Positions 53,771-63,400 of a stretch of DNA of 64,000 nucleotides are shown here, in pieces. The stretch is from Rhizophagus irregularis (taxonomy: Eukaryota). The position numbers and the translations under genes were made by a program. The stretch is from contig NC_089435.1 of NCBI RefSeq assembly GCF_026210795.1, forward strand, positions 1,178,001 through 1,242,000, read 5' to 3'. Under the pieces are notes generated by a model, which worked only from the letters and a program-made list of their open reading frames with translations, was not told the origin of the DNA and ran no database searches. How positions within the stretch are numbered: the first letter of the stretch is position 1; every line of letters starts with the position of its first letter.

Positions 53771-53848
53771 GATTCAGCAATCCATTGTGGCATACTATTT
53801 TTATGATACTCTAAAATGGATTCATTCGATAATTTAAGCCATTCATGC

Positions 53849-54280
53849 TCTAACCAAAAATTTTTAACAGGAAGGCAACTAGACATATTGTAAAGCTTTT
53901 CCTGCTATACGAAAAAATCTGGGACAGCGAAGTCTAACCAAAAATCTAACCCAGGTCTAACCAAAAATGTATAGCAGGAAGGCAACTAGATATGTTTTAA
54001 AGCTTTTCCTCCTATACGAAAAAATCTGGGACAGCGAAGTCTAACCAAAAATCCGACCCAGGTCTAACCAAAAAATGTATAGCAGGAAGGTAACTAGATA
54101 TATTGTAAAGTTTTCCTTGCAATACGAAAAAATCTGGGACAACAGGTCTAACCAAAAGTCTAACCAAAAATCCGTCCGAGGTCTAACCAAAAAATATACA
54201 GCAGGAAGACAACTAGACATATTGTAAAGCTTCCCCTGCAATACGAAAAAATCTGGGACAATAAAGTCTAACCAAAATTT
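53849..54280. repeat. Four tandem 106-119 bp units, each with an internal stem-loop
   Basis: TCTAACCAAAAA...GCAGGAAGGCAACTAGA...GCTTTTCCTGCTATACGAAAAAATCTGGGACA repeated. Confidence 0.9.
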
Positions 54281-54364
54281 AACCCTAATCATAAATTGCT
54301 CTGATTCTTTGACGAAGCCTATTTTCATACCGATTTTGATACAGCTTTCTATCTATATGGACTG

Positions 54365-54535
54365 AACTTTGATTGAACTGGGTTCAGACTCAAATCAAAC
54401 TGGGTTCAAACTTGGATCGAACTGGGTTCAGACTCAAATCAAACTGGATTCAAACTTGGATCGAACTGGGTTCAGACTCAGATCGAACTGGGTTCAAACT
54501 TGGATCGAACTGGATTCAGACTCAGATAAAACTGA
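54365..54535. repeat. ~19-20 bp tandem repeat (TCGAACTGGGTTCAGACTC/AAACTTGGA)
   Basis: About 8 copies, flanked by a duplicated 47-bp segment (54295-54341, 54537-54583). Confidence 0.9.
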
Positions 54536-54763
54536 GATTGCTCTGATTCTTTGTCGAAGCCTATTTTCATACCGATTTTGATAATAACTTCCAATATGAG
54601 ATTGACATCGACCACTAGATGAACCTGTAGGTTTACCACATACAGCACAAGGAAAGCGTGATTTTGTCTTCCAATGAATGCGACAACCTTCTGGCCTCAC
54701 ACAAGGACGACCACAAGGCTTTCCTGTGTTATGTAAATATTCACAAGTATATTCTCCAATCAT
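54494..54763 (-). CDS. Small Cys/His-rich zinc-finger-like protein
   Basis: MIGEYTCEYLHNTGKPCGRPCVRPEGCRIH...CAVCGKPTGSSSGRCQSH; ATG at 54763 in an AAAATG context. Confidence 0.7.
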   Translation of the reverse strand: MIGEYTCEYLHNTGKPCGRPCVRPEGCRIHWKTKSRFPCAVCGKPTGSSSGRCQSHIGSYYQNRYENRLRQRIRAISVLSESESSSIQV

Positions 54764-54815
54764 TTTTATTAAGTATAAATAAGTTAAATTAAAAAAAACT
54801 TTACAAGATATAAAA

Positions 54816-55190
54816 ATGTCTACCCAAGCTATACCAGCTAAGCCAACATACCGTGAAATTGAGTCAGCTCTAATTGCAGTAATTAAAGCAGGCATCCTTT
54901 ACAAGAAACCAAAGGATGGTAAATTCATGTTATGTTACAAACAAAGGATAATCAAATTGCGTCAAGCAGAAGAACCAGAAAATTTTGTTCTTGAAACAGC
55001 ACAATCTATTCTACCTAATGAGACAAAATATCAGCAAATCTTGGAAAATTATAAGACCTGGTATAGCAGAGAACCAAAACTTTTGTCTGCTATTAATAAG
55101 CTATACAGGTTATACTACGAATTGGCAAAAGACTACTTCCTTACAGACTCCCAAGCAGATGATGAGGTAGAAGACTATCTTAATTCATAA
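54816..55190 (+). CDS. Hypothetical helical protein, 124 aa
   Basis: Clean ORF with an AAAAATG start. Its stop overlaps the integrase stop. Confidence 0.7.
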   Translation: MSTQAIPAKPTYREIESALIAVIKAGILYKKPKDGKFMLCYKQRIIKLRQAEEPENFVLETAQSILPNETKYQQILENYKTWYSREPKLLSAINKLYRLYYELAKDYFLTDSQADDEVEDYLNS

Positions 55191-56289
55191 GTACCCATTG
55201 TGGTGGAAGTTCTGTATCATCTGGTATAACCAAAAGTTCTTCCCTCACAAAGGATCTCTCTGATTCTTTACCATCATCATCAATAAGCCAGTACAAAACT
55301 GGTTGATTTTTCTGTGTTAAAGACATATGGATATGATAAATCTTAGGTGACCAATTCATATCTCCTGCTCGACGTCTTCCACCTTCCAGATCATTTGGTT
55401 CAAGTAAGTACCTTACACTTATATCAGGTGGTAGTTTCTCTTCTTCAATCCCAACAGGTCCATCACGAGGATAAGAAGATCTGGAAGACACTCGTGATTT
55501 TTTTATAGCTACAGCAGGAGATATACCAAGTTGTTGGGTCACTGAGTTATTTATACTTTCTACAGCAATAGGTAAGTTTTTTACCCAGACTCGAGATCTT
55601 GTTTTACCTAAAGTTAGTAAGTCAGATGCATCTTGAGAGGGAAATAGTTTTTCAACCAAGGTACGGTTATATCGCTCCACAATGCCAACAGTACGCTTAG
55701 ACTTGGCCTTCTGAATCTTTACACCATGGGAAGTCATCAACTTTTCACACTCACCTTTAAACTCTGAACCCCTATCTGTAATCAATAATTTTGGCCAAGT
55801 GAGCGGACATGTTGTATCATCATATACCTTTTCAAAAGCCCGAGCAATAGTATGAGAAGTTAGGATTCCCTGTCGATCTTTAATACTGGTTGAACCTATA
55901 GGGACACTTTCTTTATACCTCGATGCTATATCAACTATATTGAGACAGAAAAGATAAGTCACATGTCCAACCTTGTCATATGGCATATACAAAATGTCAG
56001 CTTGATGAACTTCATTGGGAACTTGTATAGAACTAAAACTTACACAAGGGATAAATCGGGGACGAGGTTTGTGGACTTGATGTACTGCCTGTCTTTCAAG
56101 CCAATCCTGCACTTCATCTAAGGTGAAATCATATCCAGCATTTTGTGATGTCTCATACAATTTTTTGGCAGTTCTCTGATATCCAGATGGTTGATAAAAT
56201 ATTCTGCATAAAGTCGAAGTTACCTCTACATTTCGTGCTTCATCAGAATCTATTTTAATAATAGGTATCAATGGGAGTTGAACAGGCAT
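55180..56289 (-). CDS. Retroviral-type (rve) DDE integrase, Polinton-like
   Basis: HQADILY (D), LITDRGSEF (D), GIVERYNRTL (E); N-terminal IFYQPSGY...VQDWL; C-terminal WS..IY.I...Y.L......SFVREELL. First ATG at 56289. Confidence 0.92.
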   Translation of the reverse strand: MPVQLPLIPIIKIDSDEARNVEVTSTLCRIFYQPSGYQRTAKKLYETSQNAGYDFTLDEVQDWLERQAVHQVHKPRPRFIPCVSFSSIQVPNEVHQADILYMPYDKVGHVTYLFCLNIVDIASRYKESVPIGSTSIKDRQGILTSHTIARAFEKVYDDTTCPLTWPKLLITDRGSEFKGECEKLMTSHGVKIQKAKSKRTVGIVERYNRTLVEKLFPSQDASDLLTLGKTRSRVWVKNLPIAVESINNSVTQQLGISPAVAIKKSRVSSRSSYPRDGPVGIEEEKLPPDISVRYLLEPNDLEGGRRRAGDMNWSPKIYHIHMSLTQKNQPVLYWLIDDDGKESERSFVREELLVIPDDTELPPQWVLMN

Positions 56290-58355
56290 ATCTTGATCTG
56301 CTAAATAGCAACTTTGCTTTACGTAAAGAGCTGATATTAGAGGAAACAAATAATATTTCCAATAAGGAGAAAATCCGTAAACTCACAAAGGAGATAGAGG
56401 CATGTGAACGATATATCTTCTATCTTGAAAAAAATCTTGTTTCACGTGAGGATGAGATCGATCAGTTAAAGGCAGAGTGTCAGTCCACTTTAGTTGAACT
56501 TGGAAAGTATCGAGATCACTTAGAGTTAAAGGAAGAGGCACTTGTTGCCCAGGATGAACGTATTATTCAGCTTGAAGACACAGTAGATAAACTCAAAAAA
56601 CGCATTCAAGAATTATCTTTATGTAAAGGTAAGATAGAAATGGATGAAGATAATGAATTATTCAATCCTATTCTAAGAATACTAGACCGCCGACGGGCAG
56701 TTGCAGATTGTGTGTCTGAGATTCGACTATTTTTTGATCGGAATAGGATTCCAATTCCACAAGACATAGATGATGTCTTTAATGCTACCACTCAAAGTCT
56801 TGATGAAATTATTCGTCAAGCTGCTCTAATGCAAGAAATTGGTGTAGACCAACTAAATCAGATAGAAGGATTGCAGACATTACTTGGAGAATCTTTAGAT
56901 CGTACAAATGCTCTTAATCAAGACTTAATAAGAGTACGTGATGATTTTACATATGAGACAAATGCTCGTAGACACTGGGAAACTGTTGCACAACAGAATC
57001 AAGCACGTATTGCAGGAATACAAATAGCCAATCTAGGTATACGTTTTCTGAATAGACGTAAAGATGCACAACTGGCAAACCAGCAGAATCAGCTGGTAAA
57101 TCAACAGAATCAGATAGCAAACCAACAGAATCAGATAGCTGAGCATAGAAGGAATGCACACAGGCTGATGTTACGCTATAATGCTGATACAGAACGTTGG
57201 AGAAGAAGGCATGCAGGTTGTATACGTCAGGCACAAAACTGGCAAAGACAATATAGGATTTCACAGACCCAAGTACAAGCACAGGCCCAAAATATTTTAA
57301 ATTTACAACAACAAATATTAGCGTTACAAAACAATCCTCCAAACATGGCTACAATACAAGATGTCATGCATACTATATCACCAGGTCTTGCACAGTTACC
57401 ATTTTATGATGGACAAGAGCCGCCAGACTCTTATTATCAAAAGCTTAGAGCTGTCAATGAAATGGCTCGTCCACTAGCTGTTGCTGTTTTTAATGCTGCT
57501 ATGAGGTGTAGTGTTATGAAAAATAAAATGTCTGGTAGATTTATTCCTGTTCCAGCAAATAATCCATATAATGCCAATGCTGCTATTAATACAGAACCAG
57601 AGTTTCTAAACTGGCTGCAAGGAAAATATAGAGATGTGATGGTTGGAACAAATCAAGGTGCTATAATAGCACTCATGAATGAATCATTTTCTCCTATAGA
57701 TACACCAGATACATATGCAAAAAGGATTCGATCATTAGCACAAGGACAAGTATATGCTGAAATTTTACCTTATCTATATAATCATTTGCCTGATGTTTTA
57801 GAAATGAGAGTTAGAATTGCTGCTCCTGCTGATCTTGATGCTTTCTTTAATGAGTTACGTAATAAATGGTATGAAAGTGGAGGGCGAAAAAATCCAACCA
57901 CTATAGTAGAACAACCACAGAATAGAACTGCATTAGAAAAGCTTGCAGATATAGCAGTACGTCTTGGCTATACTGGTGACATAACAAATCCTGTAGCAAT
58001 ACATACTTTCATTGAGAGTGATCTTACCAGAAAGTTAGGTGGACAAACACAACATCTAAGAAAAGATCACTTCGGAACTGGTCAGGTTAAAAAGGTGACA
58101 AAGACAACCAAATCTTCTCCTAAACGTCATTGCTCAAACTGTGGTAGAACAGGTCATTCCAAAAACAAGTGTTCACGGAGTAGACGTACTAAGAAAGTTA
58201 ACAATACTCACATAGTTGACTATGAAGAATCTGAAAGTGATGAGGAAACTGATGAAGAAACTGAGGAAGAGTTAACTGAAGAAGAAGAGGAGGAGGATGA
58301 ACCTCAGAATTGCTTTAGTGTAAAAAAAAAACTCATCAACGTGGAATTTCGGTAA
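56271..58355 (+). CDS. Gag-like protein: coiled coil, capsid-like region, CCHC zinc knuckle, acidic tail
   Basis: CSNCGRTGHSKNKC = C-x2-C-x4-H-x4-C. LPFYDGQEPPDSY and DTPDTYAKRIRSL resemble Ty3/gypsy capsid motifs. Followed by a protease in the -1 frame. Confidence 0.75.
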   Translation: MGVEQAYLDLLNSNFALRKELILEETNNISNKEKIRKLTKEIEACERYIFYLEKNLVSREDEIDQLKAECQSTLVELGKYRDHLELKEEALVAQDERIIQLEDTVDKLKKRIQELSLCKGKIEMDEDNELFNPILRILDRRRAVADCVSEIRLFFDRNRIPIPQDIDDVFNATTQSLDEIIRQAALMQEIGVDQLNQIEGLQTLLGESLDRTNALNQDLIRVRDDFTYETNARRHWETVAQQNQARIAGIQIANLGIRFLNRRKDAQLANQQNQLVNQQNQIANQQNQIAEHRRNAHRLMLRYNADTERWRRRHAGCIRQAQNWQRQYRISQTQVQAQAQNILNLQQQILALQNNPPNMATIQDVMHTISPGLAQLPFYDGQEPPDSYYQKLRAVNEMARPLAVAVFNAAMRCSVMKNKMSGRFIPVPANNPYNANAAINTEPEFLNWLQGKYRDVMVGTNQGAIIALMNESFSPIDTPDTYAKRIRSLAQGQVYAEILPYLYNHLPDVLEMRVRIAAPADLDAFFNELRNKWYESGGRKNPTTIVEQPQNRTALEKLADIAVRLGYTGDITNPVAIHTFIESDLTRKLGGQTQHLRKDHFGTGQVKKVTKTTKSSPKRHCSNCGRTGHSKNKCSRSRRTKKVNNTHIVDYEESESDEETDEETEEELTEEEEEEDEPQNCFSVKKKLINVEFR

Positions 58356-59278
58356 AAAACAAAGGGAAAAAATCCCGTACTTCCAAATCTAAAAGAGAAC
58401 CTATTCTCAAGAAAACTGATGAAGTCTTTCATGCAGCACTGAAGTCTATAATTGCTTCACTAGCAGTACAATGTCCTAAAGAAATCCTCCTACAGATTAA
58501 TGCTTATACCAATCAAGCATATGAGAATCTGAAAGACCCGCTTTTAAACCATTTTGTTAGTGACTATCCAGTTAGTGAAAGAAAGAAACTCTGGGATGTT
58601 CTTTCAGCAAATATGCAAGACATTTTATCTCCTCTAGCTCATGCTGTAAATACAGCAACTCCACTATTACCAACTCCTCCTGCAGATGTACCATCTGAAG
58701 TAGAACAGAAAGAAGACAAAACACTGAACCATGCAATATGTGCCTATCAGCAGAAAAACCTATACTGGCCAAGACCCTTAGAAATCAACTTTCTCCAGTT
58801 AGATGATCCCAATGATGTAGCGACCATTTCCTGTAAAATCAAAAATGTATGCATACCCTATGCTATGATCGATACAGGGTCTGACTCTTCAGTAATCTCT
58901 GAGAATGTAGCTAAGCATCTAGGTCTCAAAATAGATCGAAAGAATATACATGCACTTAATGGTGTAGCTGGATCAACCAAAACTCTTGGCACTATCAATG
59001 AAATTCCCATAACTATCGGTGAAGGTATAAATACAGTCACTATATCAGACGAATTCTCTGTTATACCTACCGAGAAGGATCGAAATGGTAAGGACAAATC
59101 ATTGCTAATACTTGGTACACAGTGGCAGTATCGTGCAGGTTGGGAACCTGTAGTAAAGGGTGAGTTCAAAGCAAATGTAAATGGACAGGTTGTCTCAATT
59201 CCTCTCTCTGTACATAAGGCACAACGTAATGTTTTTGCAGTAGATAGCCAGCCAGCCTATAAAAAAAAAACTAGCTGA
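58319..59278 (+). CDS. Retropepsin-like aspartic protease ORF in the -1 frame relative to gag
   Basis: AMIDTGSDSSVIS...LGL...ILGTQW. The frame is open from 58319 (after TAG 58316-58318), 98 codons before the first ATG at 58613. Confidence 0.88.
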   Translation, partial: CKKKTHQRGISVKNKGKKSRTSKSKREPILKKTDEVFHAALKSIIASLAVQCPKEILLQINAYTNQAYENLKDPLLNHFVSDYPVSERKKLWDVLSANMQDILSPLAHAVNTATPLLPTPPADVPSEVEQKEDKTLNHAICAYQQKNLYWPRPLEINFLQLDDPNDVATISCKIKNVCIPYAMIDTGSDSSVISENVAKHLGLKIDRKNIHALNGVAGSTKTLGTINEIPITIGEGINTVTISDEFSVIPTEKDRNGKDKSLLILGTQWQYRAGWEPVVKGEFKANVNGQVVSIPLSVHKAQRNVFAVDSQPAYKKKTS

Positions 59279-59522
59279 TCGTACCTGTCAGCATTGTGGG
59301 AAGGAATTCCCATATCCTTCTAATCTTAAACAACATTTTTTACGAAAAAATCCATGTGCAGTAAAAAAGTCCCATGCAAAGCCCATGCAAAGCCCATGTG
59401 CAGTTAAAATTTCCCATGCAAAGTCCATGCAAAGTCTATGCACAGTAAAAAAATCCCATGCGCAGTCCACACAAAATTTGAGTAAAGCAACAGTACCCAT
59501 TCGTCTATTTCTTGATGAATAA
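59244..59522 (+). CDS. Zinc-finger ORF with no ATG before the finger (C2H2/C2HC type), absent from the ORF track
   Basis: Reads KKKLADRTCQHCGKEFPYPSNLKQHFLRKNPC then three ~14-aa repeats (C.VK.SHA...Q). Preceded by TAG at 59241. Confidence 0.75.
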   Translation: MASQPIKKKLADRTCQHCGKEFPYPSNLKQHFLRKNPCAVKKSHAKPMQSPCAVKISHAKSMQSLCTVKKSHAQSTQNLSKATVPIRLFLDE

Positions 59523-59528
59523 TGGGAA

Positions 59529-59966
59529 CTACGACATGGAAGCAAGTTTTTTTTCTATTTCTCGTACTTGCTTCTTCATGGTATCAATTTCATGTCGTAT
59601 CTGATGATTTGTCTTGATCAATTTCTCATGTTCTTTAGTAAGGTTCTGCATGAATCGGCCAAAAGTAACCTTATTATATTCAAGCAAGTGCTTCTGAAGT
59701 ATGGAAACCTCTTCACTAATCATGTCTTGTGTCATTCTGTTTCTTGGCATATATGTCTGTTTAACAGTTAGTCTCTGACGTGCTAATTTTTTCTGGTATC
59801 TTTCTACTTCATGTTTCAAAAATAACTCTACCATGGAATTTACTCCACTGGCATCAGACACAGATAGTGGACTACGCTTCCTTGTTGTGAGACGAATCCA
59901 TGCCTCATGTATTACAGAAGCTGGTAACATAACTAGTAGCTCAGTATATACCTGGTTGAAAGACAT
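59529..59966 (-). CDS. Hypothetical 145-aa protein with a C-terminal coiled coil
   Basis: Clean ATG ORF, co-oriented with and downstream of polB. Confidence 0.7.
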   Translation of the reverse strand: MSFNQVYTELLVMLPASVIHEAWIRLTTRKRSPLSVSDASGVNSMVELFLKHEVERYQKKLARQRLTVKQTYMPRNRMTQDMISEEVSILQKHLLEYNKVTFGRFMQNLTKEHEKLIKTNHQIRHEIDTMKKQVREIEKKLASMS

Positions 59967-60059
59967 TAGTTCTTATTACGAAAAAAAAAATTTGGAATTC
60001 CAAAGAATTCTGAAGAATTCCATAGAATATCTTATCATATGACACCTCCCAGAAATCTG

Positions 60060-60329
60060 TTAGATGTCATGTGCTAATGATTGTCTTTCTCTTAGTATTG
60101 AATAATAAAATGCCTCTACTAAGTCATAAAAGGCATTTGGAATGTTTGGTACAGGGCATTTCATAAATGCATCAATACTAGTCTTAGAACTTATGACCAT
60201 TTTAGCTAATGCCTTTATACTTTTTATTGCATCCTCTACATCTTTAAAGAGACCTCTCTGAATTGTGATATGTATAAGGTCATCGATATATTCTTCACTA
60301 TATATATCATAGATTGGATCGTCTTCCAT
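60060..60329 (-). CDS. Hypothetical 89-aa acidic protein
   Basis: Clean ATG ORF (AAAATG context) directly downstream of polB. Confidence 0.65.
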   Translation of the reverse strand: MEDDPIYDIYSEEYIDDLIHITIQRGLFKDVEDAIKSIKALAKMVISSKTSIDAFMKCPVPNIPNAFYDLVEAFYYSILRERQSLAHDI

Positions 60330-60401
60330 TTTAACTATCGGGAAAAAATATAATTTATTATTAATATATGCCTAAGTATCACTAAACTATTCTATATCAT
60401 T

Positions 60402-63400
60402 CTAATATTTCTCTGGTAATCTGGTCCCTATAGCTATTTTTTCTGCTGCCTCATGACTTGTACCACGCTCAAGAAGTTTCTTATATACTTGAATACGCCA
60501 GTGTCCGAATGGTAAGGAGGATATACCATCTGACCAAATCCAGCGTTTTGTATCGATTGGGGATAATGCCTTCTTCTCTGACTCGATTAGTGATATTACA
60601 TGATTTTTTGTACGCATTCTCACATTCTTGGCATAGAAGACACCATTTTCAAACAGACAGTCCCGATATACTTGAGTCATAGGATCGAAGATTTCATCTT
60701 TTTCTACTGTATCATCTAATAAAGTTCCACCTAAAGATGGGAAATATGTGTCCTTAGCCATATCACTCATACCCTTCTTGCTTACTCCTTTATGTTTGGA
60801 CTTTGTAGACTTGTCTGCCAAGACATAGTGGTAGGATTTTGCACGGATGTGGTAGGATTCAGTAATTACATTTCCAGGAGTCTCATCCTTGAAAAGCCCG
60901 ATTGTCTTGGTATCATTAAGGTCAAAGAGATCTGGACGCTCTGCCATATCCTTGTAAATATCTTCTGTCTCGACATGGTAGATAAAGGAGTCAGTATCCA
61001 TATATCCAAGTCGTACTTTGTTTCCATACTTCTCTTTGACAAAACCATACCAGAAGCGGTACATTAAGAGTTTACTGAGACCAAGGACAGATGCACCGAT
61101 AATGATAGGTTTATTGAGAATAACACTAGCCTTACCCATATGTGCTCCTACAAGTGTGTTGCCAAGTTGACGAGCATACTTGAAGGAGGGCTTGCGAACT
61201 TTCTTAAGGAATTTCTTTTCATCATTTTCATTGATCATTCTCATAAGCTTGACATCCTGATACTTACGTACATTCTCCATAGTCTTGCCATAGACTGAGT
61301 TATTCATGAGTTTAAAGAAGTCTTTCTCAAATGAATTCTTGGATTGTTGACGTAAATTTGTATTTTTTGCAATATAAGGAGCTAACCAGTTATCTTGATC
61401 AAATGATAGGACTTGTGTAATCTCATCTACAACCATGCCTAACTTAATGTAATACTGGAGCTCTTGGTAATGTATAACATAATCTTCATGTTTACTAAGA
61501 TGTGGAACTAACTTCTCTGTTTCAGGAAATCGCCCTCCATCTAAGTTATCAACAAGTTTGGTTATATATGGGCTTAACCTATCCTTTTTTACAGCTATAC
61601 TATCAACTGCAGGAGGTAAATCTTGTAGATAATCATGAGTTTTAAGGGGGAAGTGCGCTTTGATATTTAGGAAGTAACCACGGGCAGCATCTGGTTTTGT
61701 ATTAAGAATTACATTAAGTATCTGCTTCTGCTTATCTAGATTCTGTTTGAAATATTCTGGAGATGCTTCCCATCTGTAGTTACCAATAGGCAAGTACTGG
61801 CTCATAGCCCATCCATACAGATTGTTTGCATCTACATAGGAAATCCAGGTAGTAGGTTTAGAGGGATTAAAGGAGTCACCCATCTTAGGGTTATTGGCTT
61901 TTAAGAAACGGTGTCCTGCCATAGCTATTCCTCCACGTTTAGCCTTTTCAGTAAAATCATGCATGGTCATGTCAGTGAATAGCTCTATTTTAACTCCAGT
62001 CATCTTAAGCATGCCATCCCAAGAAAGTGCAGGAGCAGAGACATAATGACTTGGGTCAAGTCCATAATGATGCATCGCTGTCTGTCTAAATTTTGTCCAG
62101 ACATCTGCTAGGAGAAGAACATCAGTCTTAAGGTAAAGGTCATGATACTCGCCCAAGTTTTTGCAGCCAAATTCCTTCCAAACTTTTTGTGCATGTTTGT
62201 AATTATCCTGAGTGATCTTTCCTCCAAGAGTACTATGAAAGTCATGAATAGATGGGAGTTCTGTCTCCTTGAAACGATCATGTGAATCAATATATTCATA
62301 AGGATAAACCCCCTTACGTGTGATTAAGTCAATATGTTCAGACGAGAAGTTGTTGAAGTGTCGCTTTTTAAGGGGTTTATCTGTCCCTAAATTCTTTGCA
62401 AGGTTTGCAAGACTGGAAGCCATGAACTGCATGCTATCAATGTACTTGAATTGCCCTACTTTCATGGATTTGTAACGTTCGAATGTCTCTGCAATAACTT
62501 TAATTTGATGTGCTCCAATTGATCGTCCAACAGATTCACAAACTAAATGGGAGTCATAGCCACGGAAGTTATGAAATACTACAGGAATTGGAGTCTTCCA
62601 TGCTTCGATTTGAAGCTTAAGATTGCATGCATTATGAGCAGCCCCACGAAACTTACCTGTGATGTGGCAGTGATCCCAAACTTTTTTGTCTTGCACGTCC
62701 TGATTGAAATTCCCATTACATATCCAACAACTAACTGCTTTAGTGAATTCCTTTTTAGCTTCCTCTGTTACAATACGTTCTACTTTTACTTCTAAAACAT
62801 CATTAATCCTTTTTAATTCTTTATCAAGTCTGCTGACAAACTCTTCTGTTGCATTTGGTCCTCGGTATAAGAATGGCCCCCATGTCTCATCAGTTTCAAT
62901 CCAGTGGACCATATAGCAGAAGCTGTTAGCCTTTTGCTCCATAATCTTATGCATATTTCCACCATAGTTTTCATTACACTTTCTGTTATCAGCCTCAAAG
63001 TCTGCAATAATTACACATGGGGCATACATTGTTCGGTTAAAATTCTTAAACTCCTCAAAATCATTCTTACCTTTAACTGGTAACTCAACTCTTTGTGGTG
63101 ACTCACCTAATCCAAAACACCATTCCTGATGATTAGTTAAAGATTTAGACGATGGAAAGCTTTGGAAGCACCGATTGCAAAGATGCTTCTTTCCCTTGTG
63201 GGATGTATCTTTGTATATTAAAGCATCAGGATTCTTAATCCAAAGGAAGTGATTCTTCTGACCATACTTTCCTTCATCTGATTTTGTAATATCTGTAAGG
63301 GCCATAAGGTGAATGATATGTTGACGGTTGTAATTCTTACTTGCAATAACAGGTTTTGGAATACCAGTTTTCTCCTCCCATTCCCATACATTAATGGAGA

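Noticed and set aside
53849..54535. Repeats as a CRISPR array or hammerhead ribozyme array
   Set aside because: No unique spacers, and no CUGANGA...GAAA core found on either strand.
56271..59278. An ordinary Ty3/gypsy retrotransposon
   Set aside because: No RT or RNase H follows the protease, no LTRs are seen, and the integrase is on the opposite strand and Polinton-like.
59288..59545. 85-aa minus-strand ORF
   Set aside because: It is the antisense shadow of the plus-strand zinc-finger frame, which has the recognisable motif.
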